Assembly (NCBI RefSeq): GCF_018350175.1
Contig: NC_058368.1
Span: 113,958,001-114,022,000, forward strand
Length of the DNA stretch: 64,000 bases
Direction of reading: 5' to 3'
Source of the DNA: Felis catus
Taxonomy: Eukaryota
Shown piece after piece: positions 50,918 to 62,287 of the stretch; position 1 is the stretch's first letter; every line of letters starts with the position of its first letter. Below the pieces are notes generated by a model. The model did not search any database. It worked only from the letters and a program-made list of their open reading frames with translations, and was not told the DNA's origin. The position numbers and the translations under genes are program-made.

Positions 50918-53900
50918 TCTGAATTCACATTTCAACTGGAAATTGAGATTTGGGGCATTGCCCACCTCTGATCCAGAGTAAATCTCTCCCAGTATACCAT
51001 TTCCCATCTGCTCTTTCCTATTCTTTCTCAGAGTTTCTTGAGGAAGTACTCAGCAAATCACTTAAAATTCAACTTTCATAAAAGCGATTTCTGCAGTGAA
51101 AAATCTCTATTCACACACAACTAAAATATGATGCTACACATTTTAGGTAGAATGAACTAGTAAAGAACAATAAACTGCCTATTTATTGCTATAAAATCCC
51201 AGACCTTAACGTACAGTCCCTTCAGAATATAAGGGCACTAAGGCTTTTTTTTTTTAATGGAGATAAATTACGTATTTTTTAATCAACTTTCTCACAAAAA
51301 AACTGAAACACAAAGTTGGGTGGAAAGTTGACAGAAGTAAAATTGAAAATGTTAGGACTGTAAATATCCAAAAAATCCTTTTAAGGCTCTAGCAGATTTC
51401 TTAGAGAACTATCTGGATACCAATATAACCAACAGCTTCAACCAGGCTCCCAAACTTGTTTTTTCTGCTTTTAAATGTTTAAATGGCAACACAAGGCTTG
51501 CAAAAAGTTTTAAATTATGAGAAGAAAAACTGGAAACATGCCAATCAATAAATTATGGTGTGTTTTTTTTTACTATAGCACACCACAGTCATATAAGATA
51601 CGTGTAGAAATATGGAAGACCATCTTTGATGTTAAAATTCAGATATATGCATATGTAACTATTCATCTTGCTATGCAAGCTATATCTAGAAGTAGACTGT
51701 TAACACAGGTTATCCAGGCATTAGGAGAAAATGGGAGGAGCAATTTTTTTTTTCTCCCTTTACAATATGCTTTTTAAAAATAAGGGAAAAGATGCCTATT
51801 TCTTGCTCCCAATAGCTACATGATCTTAAGCATATTACTTAAATTAGGTAAGCCCATAGCTAACACATAACACAGAGATAACAGGATCTCATCAAAGAAT
51901 TATTCTAAGGACTGAAATAAATCATGTACATAAAATACTTAACACAAGACACATAGCAAACATAATCAGTGGTACCTTTCTTATTTTTTCAGACAGTAAT
52001 GAAATATCCTAAGTAATATATATAGCCATCATATGGAAAAACTGGTAAACATTTCTGCAGTAAAAACTAATGGAGAAAACAAAAAGGGAAGATAGTAATA
52101 TAATGGTACTCATAGGTCATTAGCTATTATGTCACATATATTCTAGCTTTGAAAATTTTCAGTCAAATGTTTTCACTAAATTACCCTAAGGCTTTAAAAA
52201 AGCCACAAGGGAAGATGTACCTTTCTGTATGTATACTAAGAATTGACAAATACTTAAGACACCACAAAACTGGTACATTCTCAGTCTAGCACGTTTAACT
52301 GTGAGGTAACCATCTCACCAATTAAGTACACATTTGATCAGCAAGAACATATCTGCAAGGATAAAAATCACTGCATTGTTCATAACAGCAAGAGAAGAAT
52401 AATTTAAGTTCCACCTCCCTTAAGCTGATTTTGCTGCTCTTGCTAACAGCAAGAGAAGAAACCTCATTCCATCAAAAGAAGGAATGTTTTAAGTTGTAAA
52501 AAGCCATACTATGGAACATTTACAGTTGACCCTATACAGTCGACCTGAGGAGCATACAAAAAAGAGCTAGCTGAATATACATCTATGAGTGATTATCCTT
52601 GAGGACTGGCTCATATTAGTAAAATACTTACTTTTCATTTAGTTTGATTTATAACCAGTTATTTGTTTAACCCTAATAAATTTATTTTTAAAATACACCA
52701 GCCCCAAGAGTCAATAAAACCTCATATTTTCTATTTCCTACTAATATTGCTATTTTCTGTAACTTGAATTACAATCCAAGTGTTATGCAACATAACAATT
52801 TTTTAAGTAACAAATTGTAGAAAGCAGGTTTCTTAGGTTTTACCTTTTAAGGGACTTTCTATTGAAAAAAAACCTTAATGTATTTTCACTTTTAAGAGAA
52901 AGCATAAAACAAAGGCACATCAAAGTAATCTGCAATGAGACATTAAGAAAAAAGCATTGCTCTACTCTGGTTTAGGGGCAATCTTTGTTGCCCTATTTCA
53001 GATGCAAACAAAACCAGGCCTTCTTAAACAGAACAGGATATTTCCCAGTGAACAAAACCTTACACTCATTAAGTTGATCAAAATGGGAGAGACTAACCCA
53101 AATGTTATCTTTCTGGGTAAAATCCATATACCGACTAGATGCAATTCTGATCAAATCAATCCAACATCCAAAAGCCCACTTTCAGTCAGCAAAGACACAG
53201 GCACACAAAATTTAACATAAAATGCAAATTCTCAGATTTGAGAAAAGCAAACACTTAAAAAGTAAAGAAGCCTATCAAATAACTGACACTGTCACTTCTG
53301 GTTGAGGAAAATAATGATAAATACTAAATTTTCAAGTAAACTCAATCCTTTAGCCTTGCTTAAAAACAAAAATTTATCGTGAAGCAGATTTAAATAAGAA
53401 TTCTATGTTCAAAATCACTAAATTATAGGAGGAAACAATCAGTTTATCATTCTACAATTATCCCTATGAACATTAACCACCTGCAAGCTTAAAATTTAAA
53501 GTTACTAACAATCTTTAAATACCTTTGAAAACATTCAATTAATGATTACAACTGAATTTATACTAAAAATACTGTAAATGCAAAAGTTCTTCACAAGAGG
53601 GAGAGAAAAAGTAAGTTCATTTTTTATAATCTTTCAAATTAGACTCAAGCATGGCGCAAAAAAACTGTATTCAGTATGGACTAGATTCTGTACCACCTCT
53701 TCCCATGAATTCCTTCTTAAATTTTAATGTTCAGATAGCTCTCATAGGTGAAAGGACTTAATACAACTCATTACCCCCAAAAAAGAAAAAAAAAAAAAAA
53801 ACATCAAAAACGCTTGCATAAAAGTTGACAAGAGGAATTCCATAAAAACTAAATACCACTATGCTTTTGCCTTCACTAAATAACCAGTCCAGATTACAGG

Positions 53901-54746
53901 AATCTGTAAATACATGACAAGGAATCTGTAAAGGTAAAGACATGACAAGGAATTACTAATATACCAAAACAGCACCTTGAGGTAAGTGTCTAATTAACAG
54001 GTAATCCTTTTATATAATTCATTATACTTTCTAGAAATCACTATGTAGGGAAGGCAAAATGATAACCTTATTAGACTTTGGAAACCCTCCAAAAGTTGGA
54101 GTGTTCCAAATGACCCAGAAGAAATAGATCTTTCCACTAAAGCTGAATAAAAGGCAGAGTAATAATTATAATGAAAACTTTAAGCGTATCATTTTCTGTA
54201 TCTTAGACGCACCCAAAAATCAAGACTCAACTACCAAATGAAAAAGCCCACATGTAGTGTTTCACTAAGAGTGAAAAATGAATTTAAGGAAACCATAGAA
54301 CCATTGAAGAGCAGAAGATCTGATGATATTTATTCAATATGCAAAACATCTATCCCATTTGTCACAGAGGTATATTTAAAAATTTGTAGCAAGCATCAGC
54401 AACTACTGAGCAGCCATAATCTAGCCTAGCAATCTTGACCTTTCTTCCTAGCTCTCAAAAGGAAAACCCTAGCAATTAAGATTTAAAAATTGGCAAGAAT
54501 TAGAGATTAAGAAATATACGGTAAACAAGAACTAAAAAAATGCCAATGCTAAAATAGTCTTTTTTACTTTAAAGCCCATTAATATCGCCTCAGAAAGCTT
54601 ACTATATACATTTGGGCTTTGGAATTGCAATGTTCAAGTTAAAAATTTTACCATAACATCAAACCAAGTGTACTATATTATAGGTACTCTGAAGCCACCC
54701 ACCAGGTTATACATACTCTCACTCAATCATGTAAAGAATTGAATTC

Positions 54747-54752
54747 TTTATT
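54747..54752 (-). terminator. Distal AATAAA poly(A) signal of HNRNPA0
   Basis: AATAAA on the minus strand ~1.6 kb after the stop codon, followed by GT-rich sequence (tgagtgagagtatgt). Confidence 0.5.
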
Positions 54753-55210
54753 TGTGATATCCATAAACGTTGCTATTCTATATTTCTATCCAGGAAAGCA
54801 ATTTTCTCCTATATCATTGTTTTGTTTTGTTTTTTTTTTTATAAACAACAACTTGAATTCTATTGCATGAAAGGGCTACAAATATACATTTGTTAACCAA
54901 GCAGAATACACAAATATTTTGCTTTACAACTTGCACCTAAGACACCAGTACATGTAGCTGGTTCATTAGTTGTCATAGCAATTTGGGGCCACTGCCCAAG
55001 CTATGCATAGCAGTTTACATTTTCAAATCTCATGTAGAAAGGGCAATTGTGATATGGATTGTTAACTACATTCCCGTAAAGCCCATCTTAGTTACAAGAA
55101 AATGTGTAACCAAAGTCTGAACAGATTTTTGATGGCAAAACTTGTAAAACTGATGCAATTATCCTAAACAAGATTTTTTAACAAATTGTTTTGCAGATAC
55201 ACTGCCATTC

Positions 55211-55228
55211 TGCCAGTAGATGGTGCTA
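55211..55228 (+). promoter_or_regulatory. CTCF binding motif in the HNRNPA0 3' region
   Basis: TGCCAGTAGATGGTGCTA, one mismatch to the CCASYAGRKGGCRS core. Confidence 0.5.
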
Positions 55229-55825
55229 CAAAGGTGGGGGGAAGGATTTCCAAGAGGACAACAGTTCAGCTATAGGAAAAAACGTTTAAATCTGCTCTGA
55301 AAATACAAAAATGCATTTAGTTTAAGGGTAAAATATAACCCTTATTTGTAACCATTCATTACAGACAAACCAGTAAGAGGGATGAAACTAGGCCATCTGA
55401 AAATTTTTAAACAGTTTATATGAATGAAAACACATGCTTAACACAAACTATTTCTTTCGAGCTACACAGTACATACTTTGAAGTAAATTCTCATAGAAAG
55501 AAGTGACCAACCATGTCAAGATGATAAGGAAATCGCTTAGTACAAGAGATGGATGCACAGGAACTTTAAAGATTTTAAAAAGCTACATCCACCACTTCAA
55601 AAGTTTTGCCTGTAAGGTTTAAAATTCAACATGTCACTAGAAGGGCAACAGAGAAAACAAAAACAAAAACAAACAAAAAAACAACCCACCAAAGGACCTT
55701 TTAAAGTTTCTCTAAGTACACATCAAGAATTAAGAGTTAACACGAAAAATTTTTAATATCCCTTAAAACGGTACGGAATGGATCCTAGAAAAAAAATGTT
55801 AGACATATACGGTCAAACACAATGA

Positions 55826-55831
55826 TTTATT
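55826..55831 (-). terminator. Proximal AATAAA poly(A) signal of HNRNPA0
   Basis: tttatt on + equals AATAAA on -, ~500 nt after the stop codon, followed by GT/T-rich sequence. Confidence 0.65.
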
Positions 55832-56329
55832 AAAAATAAAACGTAAAAATGATTTTTGTACATATGCTTCCAAATTTCAGGCATGGGATCCAAGTAGATT
55901 TCATAGAAAACGCTGTAGCCAGGTATCAAGTCCTTACAACAAAGTAAACTACCCCCCCACCCCAACCCCCGCCCCGGTTTTGCTACAGAATCAGCAAGTT
56001 CACTCCCTCCCCCCCAAAAAACACAAATTAAAACAAGACATTTTGCTAGTATAAAAACGACCAAGGTCCAAGTAATAATAAAAAAATAGAGTCCATCAAT
56101 GACTGTAACACAAAAATGTGTATGTGGGGCCGAGTCCATCTTCAGAGGGAGAGACAAGAGAGGTGGCAGGCAAATAGGGCAACACCCCCAAGGATAAGCA
56201 GCCATAGAAGCGGCTCCCCCAAGGGCAAAATGGGGAAGGCGGTGGGAGAGGAAGGAACTCAGGAGTTGACCCTAGTTGGGTTGTTGAAAAGAGCTACCCC
56301 TATAGCCACTCCCAGGCATTTTTAGATTT

Positions 56330-57250
56330 TTAGAAGGAGCTGCCTCCATAACCACCCCCACCGCCATAGCCGCCTCTGTAAGGTCCACTGTTACTGCGAC
56401 CTCCCCAGCTGCTGCCACCGCCACCGCCGCCGCCGCCGCCCTTCATGGGCCCGTACGAGGACTGGTGCTGGCTGTAGCTGCCGAAGCCGCCGAAGCCGTT
56501 ACCGTAGTCGCTTCCACCGTAGGACGAACCGCCTCCTCCGCCTCCGTACGCGTTGTAGCCGCCGCCACCGCCACCGCCGCCGTAACCACCGTAGCTGTTG
56601 TAACCGCCGCCGCCGCCCTTAGACAGGCCGTTCTGGTCTCGACCACCGCCGCGACCCCGGCCGCCTCGACCTCCCCGGGAGGACCGGGAGCCGCCTCCGC
56701 CCCCACCGGAATGGATATCCTCCTTGGGGACGGCCTTCTTCACCTCCACGCGATGGCCCTGGATCGGATGGAATTTGACAACCGCGGCCTTGTCTGCCGC
56801 GTCGTGATTCTGAAAATACACGAAGCCGAAGCCACGCTTCTTGCCGGACTGTTTGTCGGCAATAATCTCGGCCTTTTCCACGGTGCCAAACTGCGAGAAA
56901 TGCTCGATCAGGTCGCCCTCGGCCACGTCTCCCTTAAGGCCCCCGACAAAGAGCTTCTTAACCTTGGCGTGGGCACCGGGCCGCGCCGAATCCTCCCGGG
57001 ACACCGCCCGCTTCAGCTCCACCGTGTTGCCGTCCACGGCATGGGGCGAGGCGGCCATGGCGGCATCGGCCTCCTCCACATTGGAGTAGGTCACGAAGCC
57101 GAAGCAACGGGAGCGCTTGGTCTGGGGGTTCACCACCACCACGCAGTCCGTCAGAGTCCCAAAGGCCTCAAAGTGGCCGCGCAGGCCCGACTCACTCGTC
57201 TGCACATTGAGGCCGCCGATGAACAGCTTACACAACTGGGAATTCTCCAT
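56330..57250 (-). CDS. HNRNPA0: Heterogeneous nuclear ribonucleoprotein A0, single exon, 306 aa (two RRMs plus Gly-rich tail)
   Basis: Translation [18 protein letters not shown]...RCFGFVTY...KLFVGGL...RGFGFVYF...GGYGGSSF* has RNP2/RNP1 motifs of two RRMs and an RGG/Gly-Tyr tail recognised as hnRNP A0. First ATG 57250-57248, TAA 56332-56330. The ORF track starts two codons earlier at GTG. Confidence 0.98.
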   Translation of the reverse strand: MENSQLCKLFIGGLNVQTSESGLRGHFEAFGTLTDCVVVVNPQTKRSRCFGFVTYSNVEEADAAMAASPHAVDGNTVELKRAVSREDSARPGAHAKVKKLFVGGLKGDVAEGDLIEHFSQFGTVEKAEIIADKQSGKKRGFGFVYFQNHDAADKAAVVKFHPIQGHRVEVKKAVPKEDIHSGGGGGGSRSSRGGRGGRGRGGGRDQNGLSKGGGGGYNSYGGYGGGGGGGGYNAYGGGGGGSSYGGSDYGNGFGGFGSYSQHQSSYGPMKGGGGGGGGGSSWGGRSNSGPYRGGYGGGGGYGGSSF

Positions 57251-58500
57251 CTCCACGGCCCGGGCCTTCCCCCCGCCCTGCGAGCTCCGAGGTTTCGCCG
57301 TCGCCGTTATCGTTGGCTAAGGCCTCCTCACAGCTTGGGCCCAGCTGTTGCTGGAGCCGCCACCGCCGGTCACCGACGGGGAAGGGAAAAAGGGAAGGGG
57401 AGGGAAGGAGGAAAAGAGGAAGGGGGAGGGAGGGGAGAGGTGCCGGCTAGACGGCGAGCCGAGGAGACTGGAAGACAACCAGGGCTGCCGCTGCCGCTAC
57501 CGCTACCGCCACCGCCACCTCCGCTCCCCTATCTGGGCACCACACAAAGAGGCCGCTGAACGCGCGCGCACCCTCCCCGAGGCGTGCGTCACCGCCGACG
57601 TACGGCAGCCTAGCACTGCCCGCCAATCCCTGCGTGGCTCCCTCTAGTCCCGCCTACCGCGCCGCAGCGCCGCTCTCGGTCACGGACTCCCCGCCCTCCG
57701 CGGTCGATTCAAGCCCTCGGCCTGCGCTGCTCCCGCCACCGCCTCTACAGCCCCGCTCTCACTCCCTGGCTCCCCCGTGTGCCCTGACCGGGGACTCTCC
57801 CGGCTCCCCGCGCACCTCCGCAATTCATTTCCTCTCAGCCCCGCGGCTGTTCCCAGTGTTTTCCCCCCTCCCCTAGCCGTATCCCCTCGCCCAACTCCGC
57901 AGTGGCGTTCGCGCCAGCCCCTTGAGAGACATGTCAGTTCAGCCAATGATCGCAATCCGCTCGCGCCCACTTCCGTTTTCGGCCGCGGCTGGACGGGCGC
58001 GCTCCCCAGTGCGCGCTGGCCCCGGCGCCCCCTGTGTGGGGGACCTGTCTGCCACCCGACGCCTTGCCCCCGCCCTGGGCTTGGGAGTGGGGGTGAGCGG
58101 GGGCGCGCTGCGGGTCGTTCCCAACGGATGCGTCCTGGGGCGCCACGCGCGGGCTTTTTGAAAACTTGACTGTTGGGTTTGGGGGCTTGGATTTACCCGC
58201 CGCGTTTCGACCGGGCCGCTACACCTGGCATCCTCGCCGCCCCGCCCCCCTGTCCGCACAAAGATGGAGGGTAGAGGCCTGGGAGGGAAAGGCGGTTATT
58301 AACCGTTCACTGACGCACCGACGTGCAGTTAAACACTGGCACGTGGCCCGTCGCAAAAGCGAGCCCGGGGCCAGGTGAAGGACAGCGACGTGCTAGAAGC
58401 GCTTGCGATTCCTGACCGCAGAGTCGCGCGAGACCCCCCGCCACCCTGCGGCCGGCCTTGAAGCCCTTCCCGACGCCCTGCTCTGCCTCCCTTAGCGTAC
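56340..58500. promoter_or_regulatory. CpG island covering the HNRNPA0 CDS, 5' UTR and promoter
   Basis: Visibly very high GC and CpG density against an AT-rich background. Contains CCAAT (57623-57627, 57943-57947), an ETS-type cacttccg (57968-57975) and GC boxes. Confidence 0.9.
57546..57552 (-). promoter_or_regulatory. TCT-type pyrimidine initiator, candidate HNRNPA0 TSS (C at 57551)
   Basis: Minus strand CCTCTTT fits the YCTYTYY consensus, ~300 nt upstream of the ATG and ~70 nt from a CCAAT box. Confidence 0.5.
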
Positions 58501-59399
58501 TCCCACAGCTGACATTTTCATTTTACTTCAGGAACACATCGTTTTATGCTTCTGTGACCTATGCGATGCTTCCTTCCCAACAAAAAACGTTAGCTTTTTG
58601 AAGGTATTTTACAACCGGGTGTCAGAGGATACCATACATAAATACCGCGCACCCCTGGGAACTACCTTACCTACCCTCAGGTGAAAATGCAAGCAAATTA
58701 CCAAGGCTTCCATGTATCGAATCTTTGTGTCAAGCAAGATACAAGGAATAGGACATAGTATGAGACATTACATGACCAAGAGCCCCCAAAACCATGTGGT
58801 ACTTCCTGAAGAAAAGGAATTCCTCACTGCATCCTGGAGTATTCAGGATTGAATGGTGTGAAAAGCTGAACTTGCGCTCCATCTCTGATTCAAAGGCTAG
58901 ATAAAATTTCTACAGGGACTTTACATGAGCAAAATAAAGAGGAAAGGAAAACTATATAAGGTTCAAGGTACAATAGGTAGTTTGAAGCAAGAGGTTTTTG
59001 ATAGAAAACCGTCTTTGGTAAGATAGGTTTAGAGTCCTTGATATTATGGAATGCCTTGAAATTTAGATTAAGTAGCTTAAATATTGCAAAGGCATATAGA
59101 TAAGCTTGAAGGCTTGAGAACAAAACGAGTCTGGCACTAGATAGTGGGCAAGTCACTTAACCTTTTTTAAAAATGTAACCAGTTTTATTATCTGAAAATC
59201 AAAACAATAAATCACTCCCCTGTGTGGTAAAAATTAAATGAGATTCCATATGCAAACTCACAGTGCCTGGTACATAGTAAATGCTCAATTTATCTAACAA
59301 ATATACCAGATGCTGGGAATATGGATGGCAGTCAACAGAGCCCTCACAAGAGCTTACATTCTACTGGGGAAAAGCAGACAATAAAAATGGTAGTCGGTA

Positions 59400-59472
59400 A
59401 AGCCTCAGACTCTTGATTTCAGGTCAGCAGCTCATGGTTCAGAAGTTGGAGCCCCGCAGAGCATGCTTGGGA

Positions 59473-59519
<47 letters not shown>

Positions 59520-59580
59520 CCTCCCCCAATCGCACATGCTCATTCCCTCTCTCTCAAAATAAGTAAATTAAAGGAAAAAA
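59400..59580 (+). mobile_element. Degenerate CanSINE with (CT)n
   Basis: GACTCTTGATTTC...GCTTGGGATTC, CT tract and tail. Confidence 0.8.
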
Positions 59581-59958
59581 GAATGATATATAGCCTGTTA
59601 GGTGATCAGTGTGCTCCTGATTAAGAGGAGGACAGCAGGAAGCTATTACATATTTGTTACAAAAAAAAAAACACACACACACACACACAAAAACAATTCA
59701 GATATGTCAGGATTTGCTAACTGACTGATGATAAAGAATGAGGAAAACAAAAGCATTCCTGTGTTTGAAATCTGGAACAACTAAAATTGCAGCCTGACAA
59801 ACTAAGAAAGGAAAGTGTTCTAGAGGGAGTAGGGGAGATGATGAACTGAGTTGTTAATGTTTAAGGTGATATGGGATATTTATAGGGCACTGTTTTCTGG
59901 GCTGCCCAAGACTACAGCTCATATGAAAGATTAGACCTTTAGAAATAAATTTTAGAGT

Positions 59959-59996
<38 letters not shown>

Positions 59997-60530
59997 GTTA
60001 CAACAGTAAAAGATGAATTTCTGAAGGAAAGAGAATAAGATCATAACTTATTTTCCCATCTAAACTGTAAATTCCAAAGTAACAGGTCTGTCCTACATTG
60101 TTTCAAAACATAATCCTCCATACCACCTAATTAGGAATCCATTATGGGGTTAATTTCTCTTGACGAGGAAAGCTTCTGAGACACTTTTGTCTGGTTAAAA
60201 ACCTTACTCACAGAAGGGACTTACGGGATGATGGGAGGCAACACAATCCTGTTTGAGAGACATTATGAAGCCAGGATAAGTGCAAGGTAATTGGGATGTT
60301 ACACTCTTTTTGGAGAGTAGATTGGTAAAGTTGGGGATGAATAAGCAGTGTTATACAAACACTTAAATGATGTAGTCAATCTCCTACCCCTCAGATCATT
60401 CAAGAAGGAAAAATTTTTTTTTATTTTACCTTTCAGGTAATTGCCTGAGTTTGTTTCTTGGCTTTACCTTGCTTACCAGTGCCTTAGCCTTCAAAAACAA
60501 AACAAAAATTAAAAATACAACTGAAGTTTA

Positions 60531-60713
60531 GGGGCACCTGAGTGGCTCAGTCAATTAAGCGTCCAACTTCTTGATTTGGACTCAAGTCATAATCTCACAG
60601 TTAGTGAGTTTGAGCCCCTTGTCGAGCTCTGCATTGACAGCGTGGGATTCTGTCTCTCCCTCTATCTCTCTGCCCCCCTTCCTGCTCTCTCACTCTCAAA
60701 TAAATAAACATTA

Positions 60714-60715
<2 letters not shown>
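60531..60715 (+). mobile_element. CanSINE followed by (TA)n
   Basis: SINEC head and body; TA repeat at 60721-60761. Confidence 0.9.
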
Positions 60716-60763
<48 letters not shown>

Positions 60764-60868
60764 GAAATTTAGACATTTCCATCACTCTTACAAGCTTGAT
60801 TACAGTAACATAATTGAACATGGTAGTTACACAACTCCTAGAACTACACACTAAAAAAGGTATATTTT

Positions 60869-61090
60869 GGGGCGCCTGGGTGGCGCAGTCAGTTAAGCGT
60901 CCGACTTCAGCCAGGTGACGATCTCGCGGTCTGTGAGTTCGAGCCCCGCGTCAGGCTCTGGGCTGATGGCTCGGAGCCTGGAGCCTGTTTCCGATTCTGT
61001 GTCTCCCTCTCTCTCTGCCCCTCCCCCGTTCATGCTCTGTCTCTCTCTGTCCCAAAAATAAATAAAAACGTTGAAAAAAAAATTTTTTTA
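60869..61090 (+). mobile_element. Young SINEC_Fc with TSD
   Basis: Near-consensus copy with duplicated taaaaaaggtatatttt. Confidence 0.95.
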
Positions 61091-61164
61091 AATAAAAAAG
61101 GTATATTTTACTGTACCTAAATTATACCTAGAAAAAAAAGGATGGGGGGAGGGTAGGAGGGGGA

Positions 61165-61306
61165 ATGCAGAGAGAGAATCCCAAGCCGGCTCCATGCTGT
61201 CAGCATGGAGCCTGACACAGGGCTCCAACTCACTAACCATGAGATCATGACCTGGAACAGAAATCAAGAGTCTGACGCTTAACCCACTGAGCCACCCAGG
61301 CGCCCC
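61165..61306 (-). mobile_element. CanSINE
   Basis: Reverse-complement head ending gccacccaggcgcccc. Confidence 0.85.
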
Positions 61307-61879
61307 ACCTGTTTTGTTTTTAAGTTAAAATTAAATTTGAAATTTTAATTGTTTAAGGTACCACCATTCTGTGGTATTTTGTTATGGAAACCCTAGCAAA
61401 ATAAGACATGTTCCATTTTTATTTACTCGAGGTACCTTCCAAGAGGGTGCTTTCCGTCATTTACGATGAGCTTCAGTCTTTCTAATGGACTCTTTCACAA
61501 CTCATATCAAAAGCCTTAAAATTTGACCCATTCTTTCACACCAGTAATTATGCCTCTGGAAATTTATGCTAAGGAAATAATTGAGGATCTGTGTGAAGAT
61601 TTAGCTACAAGTATTTCAATATTGCTCAAAGTAGGAAAAAAATTGCAAACTGCCTACTTTCTCTCAAATAGCTAATAAAATAAGGAAATAATTATTCCCT
61701 AGCTAAAAATATTATGAAGCAGTTAAATTGATATTATAGAGGAAAAATAATGACTTGTGTTTGGATATGAATCTAATACCACCATGGTGATGTGTGAAAC
61801 ATCACATTACTTATTTTACCAAATTAAGTCTGATTCTGAACCCCATACTTGACAGAATGGCATAAATGTCAACAAGTCA

Positions 61880-62287
61880 GGGGCACCTGGGTGGCTCAGT
61901 TGGTTGAGTGTCTGACTTCAGGTCATGATCTCACAGTTCATGAGTTCAAGCCCCGCATCTGGCTCACTGCTGTCAACACAAAGCCTGCTTAGGATCCTCT
62001 GTCCCCCCTCTTTCTCTGCCCCTCCTCAGCTCACATTCTCTCTCAAAAATGAATAAACATTTTTAAAATGTCAAAATGTCAGGGCGCCTGGGTGGCTTAG
62101 TCAGTTAACCATGCAACTTCAGCTTAGGTCATGATCTCACAGCTCATGAGTTTGAGCCCTACATCGGGTTCTGTGCTGACAGCTTGAAGCCTGGAGGCTG
62201 CTTCTCATTCTGTATCTCCCTCTCTCTGCCCCTCCCATGCTCACGCTCTGTCTCTCTCTCTCAAAAATAACTAAACATTAAAAAAAA
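61880..62287 (+). mobile_element. Two tandem CanSINEs (61880-62060, 62082-62287)
   Basis: Two SINEC heads and tails separated and flanked by aaatgtca repeats. Confidence 0.9.

Noticed and set aside
56330..57250. HNRNPA0 as a processed pseudogene
   Set aside because: The ORF is intact, sits in a CpG-island promoter with long UTRs and shows no poly-A/TSD scar. HNRNPA0 is known to be intronless and adjacent to KLHL3.
57251..57256. ORF-track start (MEMENS) for HNRNPA0
   Set aside because: The first codon is GTG; the canonical ATG is at 57250. Treated only as a possible near-cognate start.
56465..57559. 364-aa plus-strand ORF antisense to HNRNPA0
   Set aside because: Shadow ORF: GC-rich, stop-poor reverse frame of the real CDS, with a non-ATG start, low-complexity Ala/Thr content and no recognisable domain.
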